A DNA stretch of 55,183 bases from Acidocella sp. (GTDB taxonomy: Bacteria; Pseudomonadota; Alphaproteobacteria; Acetobacterales; Acetobacteraceae). Under the pieces are notes generated by a model. It was not told where the DNA came from and ran no database searches. It saw only the letters and a program-made list of their open reading frames with translations. The DNA is taken from assembly GCF_028687955.1 (NCBI RefSeq), contig NZ_JAQTZC010000002.1, positions 1 through 55,183 on the forward strand. The letters are read 5' to 3'. Both the position numbers and the translations under genes were made by a program. Below, piece by piece: positions 9,255 to 19,143 of the stretch. The number at the start of each line of letters is the position of its first letter. Position 1 is the stretch's first letter.

Positions 9255-10565
9255 TCAGACGGGCACGGCCTCATCGGCCCATAGCTGGGCGATGGTCTGC
9301 CGAGGGGTGATGAGGTGGAAATGCCCACCGTCCACCAGCACGGCGGCGGCGCGCGGGCGGGCGTTGTAGCTGCTGCTCATCACCGCGCCGTAAGCCCCCG
9401 CATCCAGTATCGCGACGCGCGCGCCAGGCGCCATGGGCGGCATCGGCCGGTCCTTGGCGAAGCAATCCGCGGTTTCGCAGACCGGGCCGACGATATCAGC
9501 CGGTGAGACCGGATTTTGCAGCTGCGCCGCGCCGAGTGGTAAAATCCCGTGCCAGGCTTCGTAAAGGGCAGGGCGCATCAGATCGTTCATCGCCGCGTCC
9601 AGCACGATGAAGCGTTTGTCCCCGGCCTGTTTTTCCAGGATCACGCTGCTCAGCAGTATCCCCGCCGGGCCGACCAGATAACGCCCCGGCTCCAGCAACA
9701 GCCGCACGCCAAGCCCGCCCACCTCGCGCCGCACGGTGGCGGCGAAGGCGGCCAACGGCATGCCGGGTTCATCGCCATAGCCGATCCCCAGGCCGCCGCC
9801 GAGGTCGAGCACGCAGACCGCAAGCCCGGCCGCGCGCAATGCGCGCACCATGGCGGCGGCCTTGGCGTAGGCTTCGGCGTAAGGGGCGGGTGAGAGGATC
9901 TGGCTGCCGATGTGCAGCGCGATGCCCACCGGCTCCACCCCCGGCAGGCTTGCCGCCCGCGCGTAGAGGGCGGGAATATCCCGCGCGGCGATGCCGAACT
10001 TGTTGCCGGCGAGGCCGGTGGTGATCTTCTCATGCGTGCCCGCGTCCACATCCGGGTTCATGCGCAGCACCACCTTTGCGGTGCGGCTCATCCGCCCGGC
10101 GATGGCCGAGATCATCTCCAGCTCCTCGGCGCTCTCGACGTTGATCTGCCCAATCCCCGCGCCCAGCGCCTCGGCCAGCTCCACCGGCGCCTTGCCGACG
10201 CCTGAATAGACCACATCGGCCGCGGCGATTCCGGCACGCTGGGTACGAAGAAACTCGCCTAGGCTGACAACATCAGCCCCCGCGCCGAGGTGCCGGAAGA
10301 TATTGAGCACGGCCAGATGGTCGTTGGCCTTCACCGCGTAATGCACATGCACGTTCAGCTGTTGCGCTTCCAGCGCCGTGGTCAGGGCGGCGTAGCGCGC
10401 GCGCATGCTCCCCGCGCCGTAAACCCATACCGGTGTGCCGTGCGCATCCGCGATGGCGTTCAGGGCCACGCCCTCAAAGCACAGACCGTCGCGGGCGTGC
10501 ATGGAAAGGGCAGGGCGCGCGGCCAGAAGCTCCGGCAGACCCGCCGCTTGTGTTGCATCGGCCAT
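9255..10565 (-). CDS. lysA: Diaminopimelate decarboxylase
   Basis: YAVKAN (PLP Lys), HIGSQI, DLGGGLG, EPGR and GPVCETAD motifs. Start placed at MADATQ. Confidence 0.96.
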   Translation of the reverse strand: MADATQAAGLPELLAARPALSMHARDGLCFEGVALNAIADAHGTPVWVYGAGSMRARYAALTTALEAQQLNVHVHYAVKANDHLAVLNIFRHLGAGADVVSLGEFLRTQRAGIAAADVVYSGVGKAPVELAEALGAGIGQINVESAEELEMISAIAGRMSRTAKVVLRMNPDVDAGTHEKITTGLAGNKFGIAARDIPALYARAASLPGVEPVGIALHIGSQILSPAPYAEAYAKAAAMVRALRAAGLAVCVLDLGGGLGIGYGDEPGMPLAAFAATVRREVGGLGVRLLLEPGRYLVGPAGILLSSVILEKQAGDKRFIVLDAAMNDLMRPALYEAWHGILPLGAAQLQNPVSPADIVGPVCETADCFAKDRPMPPMAPGARVAILDAGAYGAVMSSSYNARPRAAAVLVDGGHFHLITPRQTIAQLWADEAVPV

Positions 10566-10567
10566 GG

Positions 10568-10693
10568 TTATTGCGCCGGGTAGACGTGCGGGTAGGTCAC
10601 GGACCCGGCCGGGCCGGGCGGGGAGGGTTCGCCCCGCCGCCCGCAGGCGGTGAGCGCCAGGCAAAGCATCAGAGCCACGGTGATTCGTTTCAT
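10568..10693 (-). CDS. Small lipoprotein, 41 aa (LptM/YifL-like), absent from the ORF track
   Basis: Translated by hand: [41 protein letters not shown]. Lipobox LTA-C followed by GRRG. ATG overlaps the argH stop (ATGA); its stop lies 2 nt before the lysA start. Confidence 0.85.
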   Translation of the reverse strand: MKRITVALMLCLALTACGRRGEPSPPGPAGSVTYPHVYPAQ

Positions 10694-12096
10694 GAAAGTT
10701 GTTCCAGCCATTTTGCCGCCTGCGCGCTCACATTCGCAGGCGCTGTTCCGCCATAACTCACGCGTGAGGCCACTGAGGCCTCGACGGTCAGCACATCAAA
10801 AATCTCCGCCGTGATACGCGCCTCGACGGAGCGCATTTCCTCAAGCGTGAGTTGCGCGATATCCACCCCCCTGGTTTCCGCCAGCCGGACGATCTGCCCA
10901 GTCACATGGTGGGCGTCGCGGAAGGGCATTTTCAGCACCCGCACCAGCCAGTCCGCGAGGTCGGTCGCGGTGGAGAAGCCGGAGCCCGCCAGCTCGGCCA
11001 TGCGCGCGGTGTCGGCCTTCAGGTCGCGCACCATCCCGGCGGTGGCGGCGAGGCAGAGCGAGATGGCCTCGCTCGCGTCGAACACCGGCTCCTTGTCTTC
11101 CTGCATGTCCTTCGCATAGGCCATCGGCAGGCCCTTCATTACAGTCAGCAGCCCGAGCAGATGGCCGAAAATGCGCCCGGTCTTGGCACGGGTCAGCTCT
11201 GCGGCGTCCGGGTTGCGCTTCTGCGGCATGATCGAGGAGCCGGTGGTGAAGGCATCGGAGAGCGAAATCAGCCGGTAGGGCGAGGAGCACCAGATGATGA
11301 CCTCCTCGGCGAAACGCGAGAGGTGCATCGCCAAAATGGAGAGCGCGGAGAGATACTCCAGCGCGAAATCGCGGTCGGAGACGGAATCGAGCGAATTGGC
11401 GGTCGGGCGTGCGAAGCCCAGCGCCGCCGCGGTCGCGAAACGGTCAATCGGGAAGGAGGTTCCAGCCAGCGCCGCGGCACCTAGAGGGCATTCGTTGAGG
11501 CGGCGGCGGGTATCGGCAAGCCGTCCGGCGTCGCGCGCCAGCATCTCAACATAGGCCAGCAGATGGTGCCCGAAGGTGACCGGCTGCGCCGTTTGCAGAT
11601 GCGTGAAGCCCGGCATCACGCTGCCCGCATGTTCCGCCGCGCGCGTGGCCAGCGCCAGCATTAAATCTTTCACCTGCGCGCTCACATCGTCGATCGCGCG
11701 GCGCACCCAAAGGCGGAAATCCGTCGCCACCTGGTCATTACGGCTACGCCCGGTATGCAGGCGCCGCGCCGCCTCGCCGATGCGCTCAGTCAGCCGCACC
11801 TCCACGTTGGTGTGGATGTCCTCCAGCGTGTCCGAAAATTTAAATGTTCCGGCCCCGATCTCGGCGGCGATCTCCGCCAGACCGGCGTCAATGGCGGCAA
11901 CGTCCTCATGAGTCAGGATTTTTTGCGCGCCCAGCATGGCCGCATGCGCGCGGCTGCCGGCGATATCCTCGGCCCATAAACGGGAATCAAACCCGATGGA
12001 TACATTAATCGCTTGCATCACGGCGGCGGGTCCGGCACCAAACCGGCCACCCCATTGCAGTTTCCCGGTCGTTGGAGTCTCGCTTTTGTCCGTCAA
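10690..12096 (-). CDS. argH: Argininosuccinate lyase
   Basis: [22 protein letters not shown] and [12 protein letters not shown] motifs. Start uncertain (TTG 12096 or ATG 12132). Confidence 0.96.
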   Translation of the reverse strand: MTDKSETPTTGKLQWGGRFGAGPAAVMQAINVSIGFDSRLWAEDIAGSRAHAAMLGAQKILTHEDVAAIDAGLAEIAAEIGAGTFKFSDTLEDIHTNVEVRLTERIGEAARRLHTGRSRNDQVATDFRLWVRRAIDDVSAQVKDLMLALATRAAEHAGSVMPGFTHLQTAQPVTFGHHLLAYVEMLARDAGRLADTRRRLNECPLGAAALAGTSFPIDRFATAAALGFARPTANSLDSVSDRDFALEYLSALSILAMHLSRFAEEVIIWCSSPYRLISLSDAFTTGSSIMPQKRNPDAAELTRAKTGRIFGHLLGLLTVMKGLPMAYAKDMQEDKEPVFDASEAISLCLAATAGMVRDLKADTARMAELAGSGFSTATDLADWLVRVLKMPFRDAHHVTGQIVRLAETRGVDIAQLTLEEMRSVEARITAEIFDVLTVEASVASRVSYGGTAPANVSAQAAKWLEQLS

Positions 12097-12115
12097 ACCC
12101 GTTCGTCCATTGTTG

Positions 12116-12706
12116 ATGTCCCGGCGATCCATTATCGCCGCCGCCGCTGGTCTAGCCGCCGCCGCGGGCTGGGGCAAATCTTCCGCGGCCCAGATCGCGG
12201 AATCGGACCTGCCGGATGCCGCGGCGGCGATGATCCGGATGGCCCCCGTCACCGCGCCGCCGATGGTGTTCACCAATGCCAAGGGCAAACACCTCAGGCT
12301 GGCGGATTACGCCGGGCACCCGCTGCTGGTGAACCTGTGGGCCACCTGGTGCGGCCCGTGCGTCGCGGAGCTGCCCACCTTCGCGATGCTGGCGCCCAGG
12401 CTGAAGGCCAGCGGTACGCTGATTCTCCCCGTGTCGATCGACATGGAGGGCGCCGCAGCGGTGGCGCCGTTTTATGCCAGCCACGGCATCACGGATCTAC
12501 CCATCCTGCTCGACCCCAACGGCGACAATATGAATGTGCTGAATACTGACGGTATCCCCGTCACCATCGTTATCAATGCCGCCGGCCAGCTGGTGGCGCG
12601 GCTTGATGGGGCTGCGAACTGGAATACCGATGCGGTGGTGGAATTCATGCAGGGCCTGGGGGGCAAACGCCCTGCCGTGAAGAAGAAAATTTTCATCCCC
12701 GTGTAG
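12116..12706 (+). CDS. tlpA: TlpA-family thiol-disulfide oxidoreductase
   Basis: [10 protein letters not shown] motif with an N-terminal RR-containing leader; divergent from argH. Confidence 0.88.
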   Translation: MSRRSIIAAAAGLAAAAGWGKSSAAQIAESDLPDAAAAMIRMAPVTAPPMVFTNAKGKHLRLADYAGHPLLVNLWATWCGPCVAELPTFAMLAPRLKASGTLILPVSIDMEGAAAVAPFYASHGITDLPILLDPNGDNMNVLNTDGIPVTIVINAAGQLVARLDGAANWNTDAVVEFMQGLGGKRPAVKKKIFIPV

Positions 12707-12715
12707 CGGCCAAAT

Positions 12716-12745
12716 AAAAACGGCGCACCGTGAGGCGCGCCGTTT
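12716..12745. terminator. Intrinsic terminator between convergent tlpA and secB
   Basis: AAACGGCGC...GCGCCGTTT stem flanked by A and T runs. Confidence 0.7.
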
Positions 12746-12766
12746 GGGCTTGTCCACCGGAGCCGT

Positions 12767-13276
12767 TTAATGTGTCTGCGCGGTTTCGGCGTTCGCGGCA
12801 GCGGCCTGGCCACGGCGGGAATGCCATAGTCCGACGAAGTCAATTGGCCCGAGCATCACCGGCGGGAAGCTGCCGTCGCGGGTGATATCGGCCAGGATGT
12901 TGCGCGCGAAGGGGAAGAGCAGGCGCGGGCATTCCACCAGGAGCACAGGCTCCTGCTGGTTTTCCGGGATTTCATGCAGCGTGAACACGCCGGCATACAC
13001 CAGGTCCGCGAGGAACACGATCACCGGCTTTTCCTCGGCGGCGCCGTTGGGGGCTTGGGCAATGCTGCCCTCGGCGCGAATCGCCAGCGCGACCTCGAAC
13101 ACGTCCTGACCCTCCTGAATGCGCTTGACCTGCACATCCAGGTTGATGTTGACGGCTGGGGCGGCGCGCAGCTGGGTATAAATCGCGGGCGCATTCGGCA
13201 CCTCGAAGGAAAGATCCTTCGTGTACTGGATGTTGAGGGCGAGAGGCGGCTGGGCCGGGGGAGCGGATTCTGACAT
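12767..13276 (-). CDS. secB: Protein-export chaperone SecB
   Basis: QYTKDLSFEVP, CPRLLFPFAR and PIDF motifs. Confidence 0.95.
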   Translation of the reverse strand: MSESAPPAQPPLALNIQYTKDLSFEVPNAPAIYTQLRAAPAVNINLDVQVKRIQEGQDVFEVALAIRAEGSIAQAPNGAAEEKPVIVFLADLVYAGVFTLHEIPENQQEPVLLVECPRLLFPFARNILADITRDGSFPPVMLGPIDFVGLWHSRRGQAAAANAETAQTH

Positions 13277-13344
13277 GCGTAAAGTTTCCTGTTATTAGTA
13301 CGCGCCCGCCTAGCACAGCGGCAACGCCATGATAAGAGAAGGTT

Positions 13345-14250
13345 ATGAGCGCACGTATTTTTATTGACGGACAAGCCGGCACCACGGGTCTGGGCATCGT
13401 GCAGCGGCTGCGCGGCATGCCGGGCATAGAGTTGATCACCTTGGAGGAGGCTTACCGCAAGGAGCCAAAAGCCCGTGCCGAGGCCACGGCCGGGGCCGAT
13501 GTCACCATACTTTGCCTGCCAGATGATGCGGCGCGCGAAGCGGTGGAGTTGGCCCCGCCCGGCGCGCGAATCCTGGATGCGAGCACCGCGCACCGCATTG
13601 CCCCCGGCTGGGTGTACGGTTTTGCGGAGCTGGATTCCGCCCAGCCGGGCAAAATCGCCGCCGCCACAAGGGTTGCCAACCCTGGCTGCTATGCCACCGG
13701 CGCCATCGCCCTGCTGCACCCGCTCATCCAGGCTGGGTTGCTGCCGCACGGCCAGCACCTGAGCATCAACGCCGTCTCGGGGTACTCAGGTGGCGGTAAG
13801 GTGATGATCGCCTCGCACGAGGCTACCAACGGGCCCGCGTTTGAGCTTTACGGCCTGGGTCTGGCGCATAAGCACATTCCTGAGATTATGGTGCTCTCCG
13901 GCCTTTCGCGCCGGCCTTTGTTCGTTCCCTCGGTCGGGCATTTCGCACAGGGCATGCTGGTGTGCATTCCGCTGTTCCTGGACCAGCTTCCCGGCACCCC
14001 CACCGCGTATGAAATTTCCGAGGCGTACCGCGAGCATTACGGCCACGCGCCCGATATCATCACCCATCCCGGAATTTACGGCGGCACGCTGGAGCCAGAC
14101 GCCCTGAACGGCACCAACCAGCTCGAAATTTTTGTCTGCGCCAACGGCGCTTTCGAGCAGGCGGTGCTCATCGCGCGGCTGGACAATCTCGGCAAAGGCG
14201 CCTCCGGCGCCGCCGTGCAGAACCTAAAACTCATGCTCGGAGACAGCTGA
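13345..14250 (+). CDS. argC: N-acetyl-gamma-glutamyl-phosphate reductase (type 2)
   Basis: FIDGQAGTTG, ANPGCY, SGYSGGG and DNLGKGASG motifs. Confidence 0.95.
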   Translation: MSARIFIDGQAGTTGLGIVQRLRGMPGIELITLEEAYRKEPKARAEATAGADVTILCLPDDAAREAVELAPPGARILDASTAHRIAPGWVYGFAELDSAQPGKIAAATRVANPGCYATGAIALLHPLIQAGLLPHGQHLSINAVSGYSGGGKVMIASHEATNGPAFELYGLGLAHKHIPEIMVLSGLSRRPLFVPSVGHFAQGMLVCIPLFLDQLPGTPTAYEISEAYREHYGHAPDIITHPGIYGGTLEPDALNGTNQLEIFVCANGAFEQAVLIARLDNLGKGASGAAVQNLKLMLGDS

Positions 14251-14810
14251 TGCCCGAATCCTATATTCCCTCCAAACCCTCGGGTTTGCTCTACGCCCTG
14301 GGCGGCGTTGCGCCCCAGATTCATCCCACCGCCTGGATCGCTCCGACCGCCGTGCTGATCGGCGACGTGCGCGTTGGCCCCGGCGCCAACATCTGGTTCA
14401 ACTGTGTGCTCCGCGCGGACACCAACCCCATCATCGTCGGCGCCCGCAGCAACATTCAGGACGGCACGGTCATTCATGTTGACCACGGCGAATACCTCAC
14501 CGACATTGGCGAGGATGTGACCATCGGCCACGGCGCCATCGTGCATGCCTGCAAATTGCACAATCGCGCGTTCATCGGCATGGGCGCCACCGTGCTGGAC
14601 GGCGCGGTGGTCGAGGAGGCCGGGTTGCTCGGCGCGCGCGGCCTGCTCGGCCCTGGCAAACGCATCGGCGCGCAGGAACTCTGGATCGGCAGCCCCGCCA
14701 AGCTCTCGCGCGTGATGACCAGCGCCGAGCGCGCTAGCTGGGATGAAACCGTGCCGCATTACCTCGGGCTGGCGGAGATGTTCCGCAACGGCTTGGCCGA
14801 GGCCGGCTAA
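14250..14810 (+). CDS. Gamma carbonic anhydrase family (YrdA-like) hexapeptide-repeat protein
   Basis: VLRAD, SNIQDGTVIH and TIGHGAIVHAC motifs. TGATG overlap with argC. Confidence 0.9.
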   Translation: MPESYIPSKPSGLLYALGGVAPQIHPTAWIAPTAVLIGDVRVGPGANIWFNCVLRADTNPIIVGARSNIQDGTVIHVDHGEYLTDIGEDVTIGHGAIVHACKLHNRAFIGMGATVLDGAVVEEAGLLGARGLLGPGKRIGAQELWIGSPAKLSRVMTSAERASWDETVPHYLGLAEMFRNGLAEAG

Positions 14811-14812
14811 CC

Positions 14813-15433
14813 ATGACCGATAAGGATTTTGACCAGGCCCTGGTGAGCGCGGCGTTCGCCCTGGGGGCGCAGGACGGGTGGCGCAAGGTCTCCCCGGCTG
14901 CGGCGGCGTTGCACGCGGGGCTGGAGCTGGGTACGGCGCGGGCACGCTTTGGCTCCTGCGGCGCGATTTTGCGCAAGTTTGGTGAGATGGCCGATTGCCA
15001 TGCCTTGCAGGGCGCCTTGGCGGAAGGCACCGTGCGCGACCGGCTGTTTGACACGTTGCTACGCCGGTTCGATTTTTTGCAGCTGCACCGCGAGGGGGTG
15101 GTGGCGTTGCTGGGATTCCTGCCCGCCGCGCCGCCACTGGGGCTTTGCCTGGCCCATGCCACGGTGGAGTCCATGGGGTGGCTGCTGGAGGCTGCGGGCG
15201 TCTGCGCCACGGGCCTGCGCGGGGAGGTGCGCAAGCGCGGCCTGGCGCTGGTCTGGGGCTACGGCGCGCGCGTCTGGCTGCGTGATGAAACGCCGGATCT
15301 GGCCGCGACCATGGCCGCGGTGGACAAGGCGCTGGCCCAGGCGGACGCTCTGGCCGTGCGCTTTGCCGCCCCGGCGCCCGCCGCGCCCGCCGTGGATTTG
15401 CCTTCCCCCCAGGCGGCTTCTGGGGTAGCGTGA
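14813..15433 (+). CDS. TetR/AcrR-like protein
   Basis: N-terminal HTH-like region, RDRLFDTLLRRFD and D...DLAATMAAVDKAL segments typical of this alphaproteobacterial family. Confidence 0.7.
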   Translation: MTDKDFDQALVSAAFALGAQDGWRKVSPAAAALHAGLELGTARARFGSCGAILRKFGEMADCHALQGALAEGTVRDRLFDTLLRRFDFLQLHREGVVALLGFLPAAPPLGLCLAHATVESMGWLLEAAGVCATGLRGEVRKRGLALVWGYGARVWLRDETPDLAATMAAVDKALAQADALAVRFAAPAPAAPAVDLPSPQAASGVA

Positions 15434-15481
15434 CGCAGGCCGGGGCTCCGGTCTGCCGCCAACGTGAAAAGGATATGATCC

Positions 15482-15943
15482 ATGGCTGAAAAACCGACTT
15501 CCAAGCAAACAGGTTCCGCTTTCACCTTGCCCACTGCGATGAAGGACTTTGATTTCACTAAGTTCTTTAAGGAGATCAAGACCCCGGCGCTGCCCGACAT
15601 GGAAGCCGTGCTGGCTGCGCACAAGCGCAATCTGGAGGCATTGTCGGAGGCCAACCGGGTGGCGCTCGAAGGCGCGCAGGCTGTCGCCCGCCGGCACATG
15701 GAGATCATGCAGTCCACCATGAGCGGCCTGACCGAGACGTTGAAGGATATCTCCGTGAGCGATGCGCCCGCGGCGCGCGCGGCCAAGCAGGCTGACTTGC
15801 TGAAGCAGGCGTATGAAAACGCGGTTTCCAACACCCGCGAGCTGGGCGATTTGATCCAGAAGGCGAATTCCGAGGCCATGGAGAAGCTCAACCACCGCTT
15901 CTCCGAGGCCATGAACGAAATGAAGACACTCTTCAAGAAATAG
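15482..15943 (+). CDS. phaP: Phasin (PHA granule-associated protein)
   Basis: Helical Ala-rich protein with [10 protein letters not shown]...[10 protein letters not shown] pattern; AAGGA SD. Confidence 0.85.
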   Translation: MAEKPTSKQTGSAFTLPTAMKDFDFTKFFKEIKTPALPDMEAVLAAHKRNLEALSEANRVALEGAQAVARRHMEIMQSTMSGLTETLKDISVSDAPAARAAKQADLLKQAYENAVSNTRELGDLIQKANSEAMEKLNHRFSEAMNEMKTLFKK

Positions 15944-16013
15944 GCTTATCCTCAGCGGGCGGCGCCAGCCGCCGCCCCTTCCATTGCTTGGCGCGCGGGC
16001 CATATACTGCGCC

Positions 16014-18185
16014 ATGTCCGCTTTTTCAGCCACTGCCCCGGTCACTTTCATCCCCGAGAAGCCATCGCCCCGCGCGCCGTTGAAGCCGTTGCGGGTGGTG
16101 TCCGAATTCGAGCCCAGCGGCGACCAGCCCGCCGCCATCGCGCAGCTGGTGGCCGGTATTGCGCAGGGCGAGCGCGACCAGGTTCTGCTGGGTGTCACCG
16201 GTTCGGGCAAAACCTTCACCATGGCCAAGGTGATCGAGCGTATCCAGCGCCCGACTTTAGTGCTGGCGCCCAACAAAACTCTGGCGGCGCAGTTATACGC
16301 GGAGATGAAATCGTTCTTCCCTGATAACGCGGTGGAGTATTTCGTCTCCTATTACGATTATTACCAGCCGGAAGCGTATGTCCCGCGCTCGGATACCTAT
16401 ATCGAAAAAGATTCCGCCATCAATGAGACGATCGACCGTATGCGCCACGCCGCCACCCAGGCGCTGCTGGAGCGCGGGGATGTGGTGATTGTTGCGTCTG
16501 TTTCCTGCATTTATGGCATCGGCTCGGTCGAGACCTACTCCAAGATGGTGGTGCGGCTGGAAACCGGCGGCAGCATTGACCGTGACACATTGGCCAAGGC
16601 GTTGGTGGATCTGCAATACCGCCGCAATGATGTCGCCTTCGCGCGCGGCTCGTTCCGCCTGCGTGGCGAGGTGGTGGATATTTTCCCCAGCCAGTACGAG
16701 GACCGCGCCTGGCGGGTTACGCTATTTGGCGATGAGATCGAGAAAATCTCGGAGTTCGACCCGCTGACCGGCGAGCAGACGGCGGTTCTGGAGAACATCA
16801 GCATCTATGCCAACAGCCATTATGTCACCCCGCGCCCCACGCTTACCCAGGCGATCACCCGCATCAAGCGCGAGCTGAAGGACCGGCTGGATGAGTTCGT
16901 CGCGGATGGCAAGCTGCTGGAAGCCGAACGGCTGCAACAGCGCACCACGTTCGACATTGAAATGATGGAAACCACCGGCGCCTGCAAAGGAATTGAAAAC
17001 TACTCGCGCTACCTCTCGGGCCGCAACGCAGGTGAGCCGCCGCCGACGTTGTTTGAATACCTGCCGGAAAACGCGCTGCTGGTGGTCGATGAATCCCATG
17101 TCACCGTGCCGCAGATCGGCGGCATGTTCAAAGGCGATTTCTCGCGCAAATCCACCCTGGCCGATTACGGCTTTCGCCTGCCCAGTTGCATGGACAACCG
17201 CCCGCTCAAATTCGAGGAATGGGAGAAATTCCGCCCGCAGTCGGTGTTCGTCTCCGCCACGCCGGGGCCGTGGGAGCTGGAGCGCACGCAAGGGGTGTTC
17301 GCCGAGCAGATCATCCGCCCCACCGGCCTGGTGGACCCGGTAACGGAAATCCGCCCCGTCGAGCACCAGGTCGATGATCTGCTCGGTGAATGCAAGAAGG
17401 TATCCGCCCTGGGCGGGCGCGTGCTGGTCACCACGCTGACCAAGCGCATGGCCGAGGACCTCACCGAATACCTCACCGAGCAGGGCGTGCGCGTGCGCTA
17501 CCTGCACTCGGATATCGACACGCTGGAGCGCATCGAGATCATCCGCGATCTCCGCCTTGGCGCCTACGATGTTCTGGTCGGCATCAATCTGTTGCGCGAG
17601 GGGTTGGATATTCCCGAATGCATGCTGGTCGCGATTCTCGATGCCGACAAGGAAGGCTTTCTGCGCTCCGTCACCTCGCTGGTGCAAACCATCGGCCGCG
17701 CCGCGCGCAATGTGGATGGCCGCGTGATCCTCTATGCCGATGTGATGACCCGCAGCCTGAAACAGGCACTGGAGGAAACCGCGCGCCGCCGCACCAAACA
17801 AACCGCCTGGAACGCGGCTCACGGCATCACCCCGCAGAGCATCCGCAAGAACATCGGCGAGGTCATCCATTCAGTTTTCGAGCAGGATTATGTCACCGTT
17901 TCGCCGGTGAAAGACTCCAGCCTCGATGAATTCGTCGGCAAGGACCTGGGCGCGACCATCGCCACGCTGGAGACCCGCATGCGCAAGGCCGCCGGCGACC
18001 TGGAGTTCGAGGAAGCGGCCCGCCTGCGCGACGAGATCAAGCGCCTGGAGGCGCTGGCGCTGGGCATCGCCCCGCCACCCCCGCCGCCGCGCGCGCCCAA
18101 AAACCGCGGCCCGGTGCCGATGGGGCCGGGCGGTGGCGGCTACGACCCGGCGCTGCGCAAGGGCAGGGGGCGCAATCGTGTTTGA
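16014..18185 (+). CDS. uvrB: Excinuclease ABC subunit B
   Basis: [35 protein letters not shown] and C-terminal UVR motif. Confidence 0.98.
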   Translation: MSAFSATAPVTFIPEKPSPRAPLKPLRVVSEFEPSGDQPAAIAQLVAGIAQGERDQVLLGVTGSGKTFTMAKVIERIQRPTLVLAPNKTLAAQLYAEMKSFFPDNAVEYFVSYYDYYQPEAYVPRSDTYIEKDSAINETIDRMRHAATQALLERGDVVIVASVSCIYGIGSVETYSKMVVRLETGGSIDRDTLAKALVDLQYRRNDVAFARGSFRLRGEVVDIFPSQYEDRAWRVTLFGDEIEKISEFDPLTGEQTAVLENISIYANSHYVTPRPTLTQAITRIKRELKDRLDEFVADGKLLEAERLQQRTTFDIEMMETTGACKGIENYSRYLSGRNAGEPPPTLFEYLPENALLVVDESHVTVPQIGGMFKGDFSRKSTLADYGFRLPSCMDNRPLKFEEWEKFRPQSVFVSATPGPWELERTQGVFAEQIIRPTGLVDPVTEIRPVEHQVDDLLGECKKVSALGGRVLVTTLTKRMAEDLTEYLTEQGVRVRYLHSDIDTLERIEIIRDLRLGAYDVLVGINLLREGLDIPECMLVAILDADKEGFLRSVTSLVQTIGRAARNVDGRVILYADVMTRSLKQALEETARRRTKQTAWNAAHGITPQSIRKNIGEVIHSVFEQDYVTVSPVKDSSLDEFVGKDLGATIATLETRMRKAAGDLEFEEAARLRDEIKRLEALALGIAPPPPPPRAPKNRGPVPMGPGGGGYDPALRKGRGRNRV

Positions 18186-18215
18186 CGCCCCTCAAGGACA
18201 AGTCATTATACGCCC

Positions 18216-19001
18216 ATGAAACTTCCCCTCGCTCTCCTCTGCCTGCTCGCCCCCGGCCTGGCCCATGCCGCCGGCCTCACGGGCCAGCACGCGCTCTACA
18301 CCCTTGATCTCTCCAAGGTCCGCACGCATGACATCACTGGCGCCACCGGGCAGTTGAGCTTCGATGTGGTGGACGGTTGCACCGGCTGGGCCACCACCCA
18401 GCACATGACCCTGCTGGTGCGCGGCGTCGACGGCTCGTTGACCAAGACGGTGACGGACTACATCACCTGGGAGAGCAAGGACGGCAAAACCCTCACCTTC
18501 ACCCTGCGCGAGCGCGACAACGGCGGCAAAGAGCAGATCGACGATGCCGGAACGGCCACCCACACCGCGGCGGACGGCTCGGGCATCATCGCCTACACCA
18601 CGCCTGCCAACACCACGCTGCGGATGCCGCCGGGCACGCTCTTCCCCATGGCCCATACCGAGGCGCTGCTGGCCGCGGGCGCCGCGGGGGCCAAATTCAT
18701 CTCGCCAACGCTGTTCGACGGCACCACGGCTGACGGCGCCCAGGCCACCTTCGTCGCCATTCTGGGCCACCACGGCCCCATGCCCAATATCTATCCGGCG
18801 CTGGCCGCCCTGCCGAGCGCCGATGTGGACATCGCCTTCTACGAACGCAAAAATGATGATGAAAACCCCGATTTCCGCAGCCAGATGCGCTATTTCGCGG
18901 ATGGCGTGGCCGATGATATGAGCCTCGACTTCGGCGACTTCGTGATGACCGCGAAGTTGACGCACCTGAGCATCCCGCCTTCGCCCTGCGGTGCAAAATA
19001 A
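18216..19001 (+). CDS. EipB/DUF1849-family periplasmic protein
   Basis: Signal peptide, H.A.Y.L.L start, DGCTGW, ESKDG, TLFP and terminal Cys. Confidence 0.8.
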   Translation: MKLPLALLCLLAPGLAHAAGLTGQHALYTLDLSKVRTHDITGATGQLSFDVVDGCTGWATTQHMTLLVRGVDGSLTKTVTDYITWESKDGKTLTFTLRERDNGGKEQIDDAGTATHTAADGSGIIAYTTPANTTLRMPPGTLFPMAHTEALLAAGAAGAKFISPTLFDGTTADGAQATFVAILGHHGPMPNIYPALAALPSADVDIAFYERKNDDENPDFRSQMRYFADGVADDMSLDFGDFVMTAKLTHLSIPPSPCGAK

Positions 19002-19143
19002 CCCTGGCTCTTAATAATATAGAGGCGCCATGCGGGGAACGGGGTTGCCAAACGGCCCGCGCTGCCGCAAAAGCCGGGCAGCGCGCGCTGCTCGATGAGT
19101 GGCGCCGTACCCTTTTGTTTTTTCCTCGCCCGTGGAGGCTTTG

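Noticed and set aside
8954-9328. ORFs sharing IPARQELDSLGLVAGWYKLL... (also 43276-43548)
   Set aside because: The shared peptide is just the translation of the 125-bp repeat, not a gene family.
18065-18185. Pro/Gly-rich UvrB C-terminal tail as a frameshift or fusion
   Set aside because: It follows an intact UVR domain, and low-complexity tails are common on alphaproteobacterial UvrB.
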